DNA of 64,000 nt from Devosia sp. (GCA_039934955.1 JBDTLB010000083.1:23492-87491); one strand, 5' to 3'; counted from the first letter of the stretch, positions 38,310 to 49,208 are shown. Numbers and translations are program-made. Notes: generated by a model from the letters alone, not told the origin.

Positions 38310-38403
38310 TAAACCAGCCAGGACATCCTGCGGTGTCTAGCCTACTGACAGTTACCGACAGTGGCCCAAGACACTGTCCCGCGCATCAACGGAGACCCGA
38401 GAA

Positions 38404-38769
38404 ATGAGCCTCACCGGAAAGTGCTATTGTGGCGCCACGACATTCGAACTCGACGCCGCGCCTGACAGCGTTACCGCCTGCAACTGCAGCCACTGCGACA
38501 AGACCGGGGCGCTCTGGGCCTATTTCTCGGCCGACCAGGTGCACTTTGTTCAAACCGGGGACGAAGCGACGTTCACGCCGCGTGTCAACCGCCACCATTT
38601 CTGCGGCGTCTGCGGCATGACCACCTACACCGAGAGCCCGACCTGGGACCTCGTAACGCACGAGCCCGATTTCAGCCGCATGCGCATTGCGATCAACGCC
38701 CGCCTGCTCGAGGACTTCGACCTGTCTACGGTCGAGCACAAGAGCATCGACGGACTAAACCTCTGGTAA
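38404..38769 (+). CDS. GFA (CENP-V) family Zn protein
   Basis: GKCYCG, CNCSHC and FCGVCG motifs; RBS GGAG. Confidence 0.9.
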   Translation: MSLTGKCYCGATTFELDAAPDSVTACNCSHCDKTGALWAYFSADQVHFVQTGDEATFTPRVNRHHFCGVCGMTTYTESPTWDLVTHEPDFSRMRIAINARLLEDFDLSTVEHKSIDGLNLW

Positions 38770-38775
38770 TCGCCG

Positions 38776-40179
38776 CTAGTGCCCGAGGGCCTTGACGATA
38801 TCTTCGGTCATCTTCTTGGCGTCACCAAACAGCATCATGGTGTTGTCGCGGAAGAACAGTTCGTTCTGGACGCCCGCATAACCGGCCGCCATGCCGCGCT
38901 TGATGAACAGCACCGTGCCGGCGTCTTCGACGTTGAGCACCGGCATGCCATAGATCGGCGAGGTCTTGTCGGTCTTGGCCGCCGGATTGGTCACGTCGTT
39001 GGCGCCGATCACGAACGCCACGTCGGACTGCGCGAATTCCGAGTTGATGTCCTCGAGTTCGAACACCTCGTCATACGGCACATTCGCTTCCGCCAGCAGC
39101 ACGTTCATGTGCCCCGGCATGCGGCCCGCCACCGGCTGGATGGCGTACTTCACGGTGACACCTTCCTTCTTGAGCAGATCCGCCATTTCGCGCAGCGCGT
39201 GCTGGGCCTGACTTACCGCCATGCCGTAGCCGGGCACGATGATGACTTTGCCGGCGTTCTGCATCATGAACGCCGCGTCGGCGGCCGAGCCCTGCTTGAC
39301 CGGGCGCGTCTCTTCCTCACCCGACACCGCGGCGCTGTCGCCGCCGAACCCGCCGAGGATAACCGAGATGAAACTGCGGTTCATCGCCTTGCACATGATG
39401 TAGCTGAGGATCGCGCCCGACGAGCCGACCAGCGCGCCGGTGATAATCAGCGCTGTGTTGCCCAGCGTGAAGCCGATGCCCGCCGCCGCCCAGCCCGAAT
39501 ACGAGTTGAGCATCGAGACGACCACCGGCATATCGGCGCCGCCGATCGGGATGATCATCAGGCCACCGAGCACCAGCGCCAGCACAGTGATCGCCCAGAA
39601 CAGCCAAGTGTAACCGCTGATGGCAAACCAGACGACCAGCGCAACCAGCAGCGCGCCGATCGCGAGATGCAGCAGATGACGCATCGGCAGGATAATCGGC
39701 TTGCCGCTCATATTGCCGTTGAGTTTGGCAAAGGCGATGATGGAGCCGGTGAAGGTGAAGGCGCCGATGGCGACGCCAATCGACATTTCGATCAGCGCCT
39801 GCATGTGGATGTGGCCCACTTCACCGATGCCGAACGCTTCCGGCGCATAGAGCGCACCAGCGGCGACGAACACGGCGGCAAGGCCGACCAGCGAATGGAA
39901 AGCCGCGACGAGCTGCGGCATGTCGGTCATCTTGACCGTCCGCGCCATGTAGGCGCCGATACCGCCGCCGAGCGCGAGCCCGCCGATGATCAGCACCCAG
40001 CTCAGCCAGTCATTGATGCCCGAGACGGCGAGCGTGGTGACAATGGCGATGGCCATGCCGACCATGCCGAAAATATTGCCCTGACGCGACGATTTCGGAC
40101 TCGATAGCCCGCGCAGCGCGAGGATGAAGAGGGCGCCGGCGATCAGATAGAGGAGCGCCGCGATGTTCGAATTGATCAT
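38776..40179 (-). CDS. pntB: NAD(P) transhydrogenase subunit beta
   Basis: MPQLVAAFHS, NSYSGW, VAGRMPGHMNV and GANDVTNP motifs. Confidence 0.97.
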   Translation of the reverse strand: MINSNIAALLYLIAGALFILALRGLSSPKSSRQGNIFGMVGMAIAIVTTLAVSGINDWLSWVLIIGGLALGGGIGAYMARTVKMTDMPQLVAAFHSLVGLAAVFVAAGALYAPEAFGIGEVGHIHMQALIEMSIGVAIGAFTFTGSIIAFAKLNGNMSGKPIILPMRHLLHLAIGALLVALVVWFAISGYTWLFWAITVLALVLGGLMIIPIGGADMPVVVSMLNSYSGWAAAGIGFTLGNTALIITGALVGSSGAILSYIMCKAMNRSFISVILGGFGGDSAAVSGEEETRPVKQGSAADAAFMMQNAGKVIIVPGYGMAVSQAQHALREMADLLKKEGVTVKYAIQPVAGRMPGHMNVLLAEANVPYDEVFELEDINSEFAQSDVAFVIGANDVTNPAAKTDKTSPIYGMPVLNVEDAGTVLFIKRGMAAGYAGVQNELFFRDNTMMLFGDAKKMTEDIVKALGH

Positions 40180-40183
40180 CGGG

Positions 40184-40480
40184 TCAGCCCTTTTTCTTGT
40201 ACATCGCCAGCATGCGCTGGGTGACGAGGAACCCGCCGAAGATGTTCACACTGGCGAACACCAGCGCAACGAAGCCGAAGGCCTTGCTGATCCAGTTCGC
40301 GTCGGCCGCGAGCGGCACGCCGACGGCGAGCAGCGCACCGACGACGATAACCGAGGAGATCGCATTGGTCACCGACATCAGCGGCGTATGCAGCGCCGGA
40401 GTCACCGCCCACACGACGAAATAGCCCACGAAGATCGCGAGCACGAAGATCGACAATTGGAAGATGAAGGGATCGATCAT
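40184..40480 (-). CDS. pntAB: NAD(P) transhydrogenase alpha subunit, part 2
   Basis: [13 protein letters not shown] and [13 protein letters not shown] motifs. Confidence 0.95.
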   Translation of the reverse strand: MIDPFIFQLSIFVLAIFVGYFVVWAVTPALHTPLMSVTNAISSVIVVGALLAVGVPLAADANWISKAFGFVALVFASVNIFGGFLVTQRMLAMYKKKG

Positions 40481-40491
40481 TGCTCTTCTCC

Positions 40492-41622
40492 TCAGGCCGG
40501 CAGTTTGATGTTGGGGTGAACGATGGCGCCGTCCTTGGTGAGGACCGTCGCCTTCACCAGCTCGTCGTCCCAGTTCACCGCGAAGGCTTTCGTCTTCTTG
40601 TCGAACATCGTCTCGATGAAGGCGAAGAGGTTGCGCGCGAACAGCTGGCTCGCCGACGTCGCAAGCCGTGCCGGCACGTTGGTGTAGCCAATGACGGTCA
40701 CGCCATTCGGCGTCGTCACAATCTCGTTGGGCTTGGTGATTTCAACATTGCCACCGCGCTCGGCGGCGAGATCGATGATCACCGACCCCGGCAGCATGGA
40801 GGCGACCATCGCGGCCGTCACCAGCTTCGGCGCCGGCCGGCCCGGGATCAGCGCCGTGGTGATGACGATGTCCTGCTTGGCGATATGAGTCGCGGTCAGT
40901 TCCGCCTGCGCGGCCTTCTCGTCCGCCGTCAGCTCGCGGGCGTAGCCACCCGTGCCCGAGGCATCCTTCAGCGCATCCGTCATGATAAATTTTGCGCCGA
41001 GCGATTCCACTTGTTCGCCGGCCGCGGCTCGCACGTCGGTCGCACTCACCACTGCGCCGAGGCGCTTGGCCGTCGCGATCGCCTGCAGGCCCGCAACACC
41101 CGCGCCCATCACGAACACTTTGGCGGGGCGAACCGTACCGGCCGCCGTCATCATCATCGGGAAGGCGCGGTCGAACGCGACTGCCGCATCGAGCACGCCC
41201 TGGTAGCCGGCGAGGTTCGCCTGACTCGAGAGAATGTCCATCACCTGCGCACGGGTGATGCGCGGCATGAACTCCATCGCCACCAGCGTGACGCCGGTCT
41301 TGCCCAGTGCGTCGATCTCGCCTTCGCTGCCATAGGGGTCCATCGACCCCACAACTAACGCGCCCTTGGCGGCGCCCTTGAGGATGTCGACACTCGGCCG
41401 GCGTACGGTCAGCACGATCTCGGCATCCTTCATTGCATCCGCCGCGGTCGTCACCCTCGCGCCGGCCTTGGCGTAGTCGGCATCAGGGAACCGCGCATTT
41501 GCGCCCGCCCCTGCTTCGATCGACACGGTCGCCCCGAGCCCGATCAGCTTTCCGACCGTCTCCGGCGTTGCCGCGACGCGAGTTTCCCCGTCGGCGCGCT
41601 CGCGGACGATAGCAATCTTCAT
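40492..41622 (-). CDS. pntAA: NAD(P) transhydrogenase alpha subunit, part 1
   Basis: [21 protein letters not shown] and TTALIPG motifs. Confidence 0.95.
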   Translation of the reverse strand: MKIAIVRERADGETRVAATPETVGKLIGLGATVSIEAGAGANARFPDADYAKAGARVTTAADAMKDAEIVLTVRRPSVDILKGAAKGALVVGSMDPYGSEGEIDALGKTGVTLVAMEFMPRITRAQVMDILSSQANLAGYQGVLDAAVAFDRAFPMMMTAAGTVRPAKVFVMGAGVAGLQAIATAKRLGAVVSATDVRAAAGEQVESLGAKFIMTDALKDASGTGGYARELTADEKAAQAELTATHIAKQDIVITTALIPGRPAPKLVTAAMVASMLPGSVIIDLAAERGGNVEITKPNEIVTTPNGVTVIGYTNVPARLATSASQLFARNLFAFIETMFDKKTKAFAVNWDDELVKATVLTKDGAIVHPNIKLPA

Positions 41623-41680
41623 CAATGTCTCCCGATCGCCCGGGCGCTCAGGCGCCTCGACGCGTGATCTCGTTGCGGCG

Positions 41681-41944
41681 TCAGGCTCGCTTGCCAAACA
41701 GCATATTGGCCGGAATGGCGAGCAGGCCGATGATGATCAGCGCCGCGCCCACCAGCGGCTGGCCAGCCTCGATGAAGCAGAACAGCGCCAGCACCAGAAA
41801 GGCCAGCTCGATCATCGCCCACTTCACCATATTGGTGAAGCCGTCCCAGGTCGCGCGGTGCTGCGCGTAGTCCATGGCTTCGTGCATCTCATCCGCCTCT
41901 TTGGCGTCGATCTCGAGTTCGGCGTGGGCGACTTCGTGCGACAT
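41681..41944 (-). CDS. aa3-type cytochrome c oxidase subunit IV-like small membrane protein
   Basis: MDYAQHRATWDGF motif followed by TM helices; usual position upstream of pntA. Confidence 0.75.
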   Translation of the reverse strand: MSHEVAHAELEIDAKEADEMHEAMDYAQHRATWDGFTNMVKWAMIELAFLVLALFCFIEAGQPLVGAALIIIGLLAIPANMLFGKRA

Positions 41945-41960
41945 TGAATTTCCCCGGCGT

Positions 41961-43787
41961 TCAGTTCGGATCGGTGGCGTCGAGCTCGCCGATCAGACGT
42001 TCGATCATGGACAGTCCCAGCGACCAGAAATTCGGATCGCGCGCATCGAGCCCGAAAGGCTTGAGCAACTCGGAATGGTGCTTTGACCCCCCGGCCTTCA
42101 GCAGCTCGAAATAGCGCTCCGCGAACCCGTCGCTGGCCTTCTCATACTGGGCATAGAGCGAGTTCACAAGGCAGTCGCCGAAGGCATACGCATAGACGTA
42201 AAACGGCGAGTGGATGAAGTGCGGAATATAGGACCAGAAGATCCCGTAACCGTCATTGAGCTTCACCGCCGGCCCGAGCGATTCCCTTGAAACATCGAGC
42301 CAAATTTCGTTGAGCTGCTCGGTCGTCAGTTCCCCGGCCTTGCGGGCGGTGTGGACGCGGCGCTCGAACGTATAGAACGCGATCTGCCTGACCACCGTAT
42401 TGAGCATGTCCTCGACCTTGCTCGACAGCATGGCGAAGCGGTGTTTCTTGTCCGTCGTCTTGTCGAGCATTGCCCGGAACGTCAGCATCTCACCGAAGAC
42501 GCTCGCCGTCTCCGCCAGCGTCAGCGGCGTATTGGAGAGGATCGACCCCTGCGGGCCAGCCAGCACTTGGTGCACGCCGTGCCCGAGCTCATGCGCGAGC
42601 GTCGTTACGTCCCGGGCTTTGCCGAGGTAATTAAGCATCAGATACGGGTGCGCAGACGGCACCGTCGGGTGCGCGAACGCGCCCATCTGCTTGCCCGGCT
42701 TGACCGGCGCGTCGATCCAGCCGCTGTTGAAGAATGGCTCGGCCACCTCGCGCAGCTTCGGCGAGAACCGGCCATAGGCGTCGAGCACCGTATTCTTGGC
42801 GCTCTCCCAGTCGAACACCCGATCATCGCTGGTCGGCAGCGGCGCGTTCCGGTCCCAGGTGTTGAGCTGAGCCTTGCCGAACCACTTGGCTTTCATCTGG
42901 TAATATTTGTGGCTGAGCCGTGGATACGCCTCGCGCACCGCAATCTCCAGCGCATCCACCACTTCGCGCTCGACCGAATTGGCCATATGGCGGCTGTCGG
43001 CAATATCGGTGTAACCACGCCAGCGGTCGGAGATTTCCTTGTCCTTGGCCAGCACATTGGTGATGTGGGTGAACAAGCGCTTGTTGTCGTCGAGCGTCTT
43101 GCTCAGCCCGCGGAATGCCGCCTCGCGCTTTGTCTCGTCGCGATCCGACAGCAGATGCAGCGTGCCCTCGATCGGCAGCATCTCGCCGTCGACCTCGAAC
43201 TTCAGCGCCGCCATCGACTCATCGAACAGGCGGTTCCAAGCTTGCGTCCCGGTCACCGATTTCTCGAAGAACAACTCCTCGAGCTTCTGGTCGAGTTGGT
43301 ACGGCTTGGCCTTGCGCAGCTCGGCGAACCAGTGCCGATAGCGCGCCAGATCCTCGTCCATCGCCAGCGCCGCTTCGATCACCTGATCGTCGATGGCGTT
43401 GAGCTCGAGCTCCCAGAACAGCAGCCCGGTGGCGAGATCGGTCAACGCCTGCCCGATATCGCCGAGAAACTTCGACTTCTCTGGATCCTGCGTGTCGAGC
43501 GCATAGCGCAGATACGAGAACGCCGAGAGCCGCCCGGTGATGTCGCCGAGCTTTTCGCTCCGCGCCATCGCTTCGTGCAGCCGCCCAGACTTCGCCAGCC
43601 CTTCGAGCTTGCCCTTGTAATCGGCCTCGAACGCCCTCGCCTCGGCCCTGGACCATTCGAGATCCCGCTTCAGTTCGGGCGAGTCGACGCCCCGATACAG
43701 ATCGTCGAGATCCCATTCCGGCAGCGCCCCGAACGCATTGTGCCCTTTCTGGGCGGGAGCAGTGGGCGCGCGGAAAATATCGGCCAT
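41961..43787 (-). CDS. pepF: M3 family oligoendopeptidase F
   Basis: TLAHELGH, LAETAS and FYVYAY motifs. Confidence 0.93.
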   Translation of the reverse strand: MADIFRAPTAPAQKGHNAFGALPEWDLDDLYRGVDSPELKRDLEWSRAEARAFEADYKGKLEGLAKSGRLHEAMARSEKLGDITGRLSAFSYLRYALDTQDPEKSKFLGDIGQALTDLATGLLFWELELNAIDDQVIEAALAMDEDLARYRHWFAELRKAKPYQLDQKLEELFFEKSVTGTQAWNRLFDESMAALKFEVDGEMLPIEGTLHLLSDRDETKREAAFRGLSKTLDDNKRLFTHITNVLAKDKEISDRWRGYTDIADSRHMANSVEREVVDALEIAVREAYPRLSHKYYQMKAKWFGKAQLNTWDRNAPLPTSDDRVFDWESAKNTVLDAYGRFSPKLREVAEPFFNSGWIDAPVKPGKQMGAFAHPTVPSAHPYLMLNYLGKARDVTTLAHELGHGVHQVLAGPQGSILSNTPLTLAETASVFGEMLTFRAMLDKTTDKKHRFAMLSSKVEDMLNTVVRQIAFYTFERRVHTARKAGELTTEQLNEIWLDVSRESLGPAVKLNDGYGIFWSYIPHFIHSPFYVYAYAFGDCLVNSLYAQYEKASDGFAERYFELLKAGGSKHHSELLKPFGLDARDPNFWSLGLSMIERLIGELDATDPN

Positions 43788-43934
43788 TCACGGGACTTTC
43801 GACGGTCTATTTTGGGCGCCGGGACCATATCCAGCACTGAAATCGATCTCAAGCTGGCATTTTCGTGCTTTCGCAGCCGCAAATCCAGACCGATTGGCCG
43901 TTCCGAACCGGGAACAGGACCTGAACGGCTAGCC

Positions 43935-43950
43935 TTAAAGCCCTCTTAAC
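43935..43950. promoter_or_regulatory. Perfect CtrA box upstream of the TacA-like gene
   Basis: TTAA-AGCCCTC-TTAAC. Confidence 0.8.
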
Positions 43951-44033
43951 TCGCCACCTCGATCCTGCTCCGAAACGGCACAGCGCGATTCGCCTCGAGG
44001 GGGAACCGCGCTTCAGAACAGTCTTGGGGTTTC

Positions 44034-45515
44034 ATGACGCGCGTCCTTATTGTCGACGACGATCCGGTACAATTGCGGCTCACCGCCGAAGTCGCGCGCC
44101 GCGCCGGCTTCGCCCCGGTCACCGCCACCGGCGGCGACGAGGCGCTGAAGCTGCTGCGCACCGATCCGGGTCTGGGCGCCGTCATCCTCGATCTCGTGAT
44201 GCCCGATCGCGACGGCATGGGGGTGATGGACGCCATGCAGCGCGACGGCATTGCCGTCCCGGTGATCGTCCAGACTGCCCATTCCTCACTCGAAACCGTC
44301 GTCTCGGCGATGCGCAACGGCGCCGCGGACTATTTCGTCAAACCGGTCGCCCCAGAGCGCCTCATCGTCTCGTTGCGCAATGTCATGAAGCTCGGCGAGC
44401 TCGAAACCATCGTCCGTACCGACCGTAACCGCCGCGCCGGTACGCTCGGCCTCGCCGACATCGTCACCAAATCGCCCGCCATGCACCGAGTCCTGACGCT
44501 TGTGCAAAAGGCTGCCAAATCGCCGATTCCGGTGCTGATCGAGGGCGAAACGGGCACCGGCAAGGAACTGCTCGCCCGCGTCATCCAGGGCATGAGCGAT
44601 CGCGCCACAAAACCGTTCGTCACCGTCAATTGCGGCGCCATCCCAGCAAACCTCGTCGAGTCCACGCTGTTCGGCCACAAGAAGGGCGCCTTTACCGGCG
44701 CCGTCGCGGACCACACCGGCAAATTCGCCGAAGCCCATGGCGGCACGATTTTCCTCGATGAGATCGGCGAATTGCCGCTCGACGCCCAGACCAAGCTGCT
44801 CCGTGCCCTGCAGGAAGGCGAGATCGAACCAGTCGGCAGCAGTCGTGTCGAGCGCGTCAACGTCCGGGTCATCTCGGCCACCAACCGGCGCCTGCTCGGC
44901 CTCGCCCAGACCGGCGAATTCCGCGAGGATCTGTACTACCGGCTCAACGTCTTCCCGGTGTACCTGCCGCCGCTGCGCGACCGCACCGACGACATCGAGC
45001 TGCTGAGCACGCATCTCATCGCGCGGTTCGCCGCCGAAGCCGGCAAGCGTATCGCCGGTCTCAGCGGTCCCGCCCTCAACCTGCTGCGCGGTTACAACTG
45101 GCCGGGCAATATCCGCCAGCTCGAAAATGTCCTCTACCGCGCCATCGTCCTCAGCGATGGCGGCTATCTCGAAATCGCCGACTTCCCGCAGATCGTCGCG
45201 CAGGCGCACGGCCGCGAGGAAACGCTCAAGCTCACCGCCGCCATGGCCCTGCCTTCAGCCCCCGTTCACATCGACGCCGCTAGACCGCGTCGTGAAGTAG
45301 AAACGCGGGAGGGCACTCCAGACCGATTCCTTGATGCCAGTGGCGAAGTCAGGCCACTCGAGACACTCGAACGCGAGTTGATCGAGTTCGCGCTGAAGCG
45401 TTACGGCGGACGCATGTCGAAGGTCGCACGGTCGCTCGGGATTGGCCGGTCGACCCTCTACCGCAAGCTCCGCGAATACGGCCTCGAGGGTGACATCGAA
45501 AGCGACGCGGCCTGA
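44034..45515 (+). CDS. tacA: Sigma54-dependent response regulator (TacA-like)
   Basis: Receiver domain, [14 protein letters not shown] and Fis-type HTH; divergent from pepF, with a CtrA box. The symbol is inferred from this context. Confidence 0.75.
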   Translation: MTRVLIVDDDPVQLRLTAEVARRAGFAPVTATGGDEALKLLRTDPGLGAVILDLVMPDRDGMGVMDAMQRDGIAVPVIVQTAHSSLETVVSAMRNGAADYFVKPVAPERLIVSLRNVMKLGELETIVRTDRNRRAGTLGLADIVTKSPAMHRVLTLVQKAAKSPIPVLIEGETGTGKELLARVIQGMSDRATKPFVTVNCGAIPANLVESTLFGHKKGAFTGAVADHTGKFAEAHGGTIFLDEIGELPLDAQTKLLRALQEGEIEPVGSSRVERVNVRVISATNRRLLGLAQTGEFREDLYYRLNVFPVYLPPLRDRTDDIELLSTHLIARFAAEAGKRIAGLSGPALNLLRGYNWPGNIRQLENVLYRAIVLSDGGYLEIADFPQIVAQAHGREETLKLTAAMALPSAPVHIDAARPRREVETREGTPDRFLDASGEVRPLETLERELIEFALKRYGGRMSKVARSLGIGRSTLYRKLREYGLEGDIESDAA

Positions 45516-45695
45516 ACCTTCTTCCGGGAGACCGGCAATGTTCCCGTTGCACGAAGGCCACAATGCCGGGTCACAATAAGGTGAGGAATTGCCTGCGTTA
45601 AGACTTGTAGTCTAAGCCCATCGGGTCCTCGTGCAGTGCTGCGCCCCTCCTCCCGGCGACCTGCCGAATACCCCGTAGATGACGGAGTTTTTGCT

Positions 45696-47384
45696 TTGCG
45701 CGTTTTGATGGCGATTTTGATGGCAGGCGTTGCCCTCGCGGGCACTTCAGCCGCAGGCTTCGCGCAGGACGCCGGCGAGGCTCCGGCGGTGATCGAGAAG
45801 GCCGCCTTGGTCGTCATCGCGCCGCCCAAATCCGACATTGCGCGCATCATTAAGGCCGGGCTGCAGAAAGCCTATTATGCCGCCAAGCCTGACACCCGCG
45901 CTTATACCCAGGCGCAAAAACTCTATTTCTTCTACGGCGCCCGCGGCTTCGAGCCGCTGTGGTTCTCCGCCGGGTCCGGTGGCCAGGTGGCCTTCTCGCC
46001 CAATGCCGCCAAGATCGTCGACCTCTTCAAGGGCGCCGAGCTCGAAGGCCTCCGCCCCGCCGACTATCTGACTGCTGATCTCGATCCCACGGCTGCAGGC
46101 AGCGATCCGGCCAAGCTCGCCGATCTCGAGACCGCCTTCTCTGCCGCGGCGCTCCGTTACGCGCAGGACAGCTATGGTGGCCGCGTCAACCCGACGGACG
46201 TCAGCAAGCTGCTCACCATCGCCCCGAAGCGTCTCGATGCTGCTGACACGCTGACCAAGCTCGCCGGCTCAGACGATCCGGCCAAGCTGCTGCTGGCGCT
46301 CGATCCGCCGCACAAGGAATTCCAACTCCTCAAGACGGCGCTCGGCAAATTCTATGATGACGACGCCGTCAAGACCGAGACCATCACCATTCCGGACGGC
46401 CCGACCCTCAAGCTCGGCATGAAGGACGAACGCGTCCCGACGCTGCGTGAGCGTCTCTCCGTCGCAGCGCCCGAAATTCCCGAGGGGGCCGCTGACGCCA
46501 AGGTCGACATCACCTACGACAAGGAACTGCTCAACGCCGTCAAAGCCTTCCAGGACGGCCTCGGCCTCACCGCCGACGGCGTGCTTGGCCCGGCCACCGT
46601 CGCCGCCCTCAACGGCGGTAACGCGGTGAGCAAGGACGACATCATCGCCAACATGGAACGCTGGCGCTGGGAGCCCAATGATTTCGGCGCCTTCCACGTC
46701 GAGGTGAATATCCCCGAATTCACCGTCTGGATCATGAAGGACGGCCAGCCGGTCCACTCGACCCGCGTCGTCGTCGGCCGCCCGACCAACCAGACCCCGG
46801 TGTTCTCCGACGAGATCGAAGACATCGTCGTCAATCCGTACTGGAACGTGCCGTCCTCGATTGCCACCAACGAGATCAAGCCGCATCTGATCAGCAATCC
46901 GGGCTATCTCAGCAGCCAGAACATGGAGATGCTGTCCGGCTCGCGCGTCATCGATGCCTCCGCGATCGACTGGACCAGCACCAACATCAACAACTACCAC
47001 ATCCGCCAGAAGCCGGGCGGCGCCAACGCCCTTGGCCAGATCAAGTTCCTGTTCCCCAACGACCAGGACGTCTACCTCCACGACACCCCATCCAAATCGC
47101 TGTTCGCCCGCTCCTACCGCGCCTATTCGCATGGCTGCGTGCGCGTCCAGAACCCGCTGGATTTCGCCGGCGCGCTGGTCGAGACCAATCCCAGCCTTTC
47201 CGAGGCTTCCCTCAAGGGGATGTTCGGCGACAAGGAAAAATGGGTTCCGCTCAAGAACCATATCCCCGTGCACCTGATGTATTTCACGCTGCGCGTCGAC
47301 GACGACGGCACCATCCGCAGCTATGGCGACGTGTACGGGCACAACAAAAAGCTGATCGAGCTTTTGAACGGCGACGACGCCTAA
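45696..47384 (+). CDS. L,D-transpeptidase, YcbB/LdtD type
   Basis: Scaffold plus PG-binding domain (DGVLGPAT), NMERWR, YLHDTP and SHGCVRV motifs. Confidence 0.92.
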   Translation: MRVLMAILMAGVALAGTSAAGFAQDAGEAPAVIEKAALVVIAPPKSDIARIIKAGLQKAYYAAKPDTRAYTQAQKLYFFYGARGFEPLWFSAGSGGQVAFSPNAAKIVDLFKGAELEGLRPADYLTADLDPTAAGSDPAKLADLETAFSAAALRYAQDSYGGRVNPTDVSKLLTIAPKRLDAADTLTKLAGSDDPAKLLLALDPPHKEFQLLKTALGKFYDDDAVKTETITIPDGPTLKLGMKDERVPTLRERLSVAAPEIPEGAADAKVDITYDKELLNAVKAFQDGLGLTADGVLGPATVAALNGGNAVSKDDIIANMERWRWEPNDFGAFHVEVNIPEFTVWIMKDGQPVHSTRVVVGRPTNQTPVFSDEIEDIVVNPYWNVPSSIATNEIKPHLISNPGYLSSQNMEMLSGSRVIDASAIDWTSTNINNYHIRQKPGGANALGQIKFLFPNDQDVYLHDTPSKSLFARSYRAYSHGCVRVQNPLDFAGALVETNPSLSEASLKGMFGDKEKWVPLKNHIPVHLMYFTLRVDDDGTIRSYGDVYGHNKKLIELLNGDDA

Positions 47385-47657
47385 GAGCAGGATCGTCGCC
47401 TCTCGCGGCCGAAATCGGCGCCTTCGTCCGCCGCTGCCCCATTTCGGCACCGTGCTGCGCACGGCTTTTCCTCTACGTTTACCGAGCCTTAAGACATAAG
47501 CCTTGGTTCAGCCGCGATTTTTGCCTAGAAAATGCACGTGCGGGGCAGACGGAGCGAGGTCAACACGTCGTCGCAATTGATTAGCGTTAACGATCTATTC
47601 CGGGTCCGGCGCTAGAATTTGCCCGCACGCAATGCAATTTTGGCCGTTCGGGGTAAG

Positions 47658-49208
47658 TTGGGGAAATTCGGGAGCAATTGGCTGAAATGGAGCCTGCGCG
47701 CCGTCATCGGCGGCGCTGCGTTGCTTCTGCTCGCCTCCCAGACCGCCGCGCCCGTCACCGCCGGCTCGGGTGACCGCGCCCTCTGGCTCTACCACACCCA
47801 CACCCACGAGACCGGCAAGTTCACCTTCAAGCACAATGGCCAGTATGACCCGGCCGTGCTGGCGCAGATGAACACCTTCCTCGCTGATTGGCGAACCCAT
47901 CGGCCGACCCACATGGACCCGCACCTCTTCGATCTCCTCTGGGAGGTCTATCAGGATGTCGGTGGCAACCAGCCCTTCAACATCGTTTCATCTTATCGCG
48001 AGCCCAAGACCAACGCGATGCTGCGCGCCCGCTCTTCGGCTGTGGCCGAAAACTCGCAGCACATGCTCGGCAAGGCGATGGACGTCTTCATTCCAGGTGT
48101 CCCGCTGGCGACGCTACGCGCCGCCGCAATGCGCCATCAGGTCGGCGGCGTCGGCTACTACCCGACGTCCGGCAGCCCCTTCGTCCATATGGACACCGGT
48201 GGCGTTCGCGCCTGGCCGCGCATGACCCGCGCCCAGCTCGAGCGCGTCTTCCCCGACGGCAAGACGCTGCATTTGCCGGTCGACGGCAAGCCGCTCTCTG
48301 ACAACGGCCGCCGCTACGCCATGCTGCAGTGGAACCAGTGCCACATGGTCCCCTGCAATGGCGCCATCACCGAGCCGACCGTGCAGCAGGAGGACAGCGA
48401 GATCCGCGTCGCCTCGCTCGATCCGGCGCAGCGCGCGGTTTCGACCATCGCAATCACCGCGCCCGTCCCGATGACGCGTCGCGGCACCGAAACCGCCGAC
48501 GAAGCCGGCGACGCCATTATCCCCTTCAGCAAGTCGGCTTCCCTCATGGTCGCCACGCGCGGTGCCTTGCCGCTCGACGGCCAGACCGCGCTCGGCGCCA
48601 TTGCTCGCACTCTGCAGTCCGACCCCAATGCCCAGGTCCCCGCCCCGCGCGTTCTCATGTCGCCCAAGGATCAAGTACTGACCGCCTACGCGCCCGACAT
48701 CACGCCCGAGCCCGGCGCACTGCGTGCGTTGCAGATGCTAATCGAGCGCGAGACCACCGCCGCCGCACCCACGCTGGCAAAGACCATTCCGCTGATCGAC
48801 ACCTCAGAGATCCGCACCGCCTCGCTCGGCGGCACCAATGGCCTCAGCGCCATGAAGAACATCTTCGACATGACTTGGTCCGCCGTCACCGAGGCCAACG
48901 GCCAGTCCGCCATGGCCAGCACGTTGACCAGTTCCTCAATCGACCGGAACCCAGTGATCGGCTTGCGCCAGCGCGAGGTTGACCTCGTTGCCCCCGAGAT
49001 CGATCACGTGAACGAGACACTGGCCACACCGGTGCCGATGACCGATATCCACTACGCTGACATGACCGAGCCCGAAGGCTATCTCGACAACGCCGCCGAA
49101 CTTGGCCCGATGGCCAACCGCATGGCGCTTGAGTCCGACCTCGTCGCCCCGCCGCGCTACGACCGCTTCGTCGTCCGCCGCCCAATGCTGATCGCCTCGC
49201 GCGGCTAG
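47658..49208 (+). CDS. DUF882/YcbK (MepK-like M15 peptidase) with a long C-terminal extension
   Basis: SSYR, SQHMLGKAMD and FVHMDTG motifs; follows the ycbB-like gene. Start uncertain (47619 or 47658). Confidence 0.85.
   Translation: MGKFGSNWLKWSLRAVIGGAALLLLASQTAAPVTAGSGDRALWLYHTHTHETGKFTFKHNGQYDPAVLAQMNTFLADWRTHRPTHMDPHLFDLLWEVYQDVGGNQPFNIVSSYREPKTNAMLRARSSAVAENSQHMLGKAMDVFIPGVPLATLRAAAMRHQVGGVGYYPTSGSPFVHMDTGGVRAWPRMTRAQLERVFPDGKTLHLPVDGKPLSDNGRRYAMLQWNQCHMVPCNGAITEPTVQQEDSEIRVASLDPAQRAVSTIAITAPVPMTRRGTETADEAGDAIIPFSKSASLMVATRGALPLDGQTALGAIARTLQSDPNAQVPAPRVLMSPKDQVLTAYAPDITPEPGALRALQMLIERETTAAAPTLAKTIPLIDTSEIRTASLGGTNGLSAMKNIFDMTWSAVTEANGQSAMASTLTSSSIDRNPVIGLRQREVDLVAPEIDHVNETLATPVPMTDIHYADMTEPEGYLDNAAELGPMANRMALESDLVAPPRYDRFVVRRPMLIASRG

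Noticed and set aside
40184-41622. Split pntA as a pseudogene or frameshift
   Set aside because: The three-gene pntAA-pntAB-pntB layout is normal in Alphaproteobacteria, and each part has its own start.
47576-47592. CtrA box upstream of the DUF882 gene
   Set aside because: Only a GTTAAC half-site; the spacing to a second half-site is not N7.
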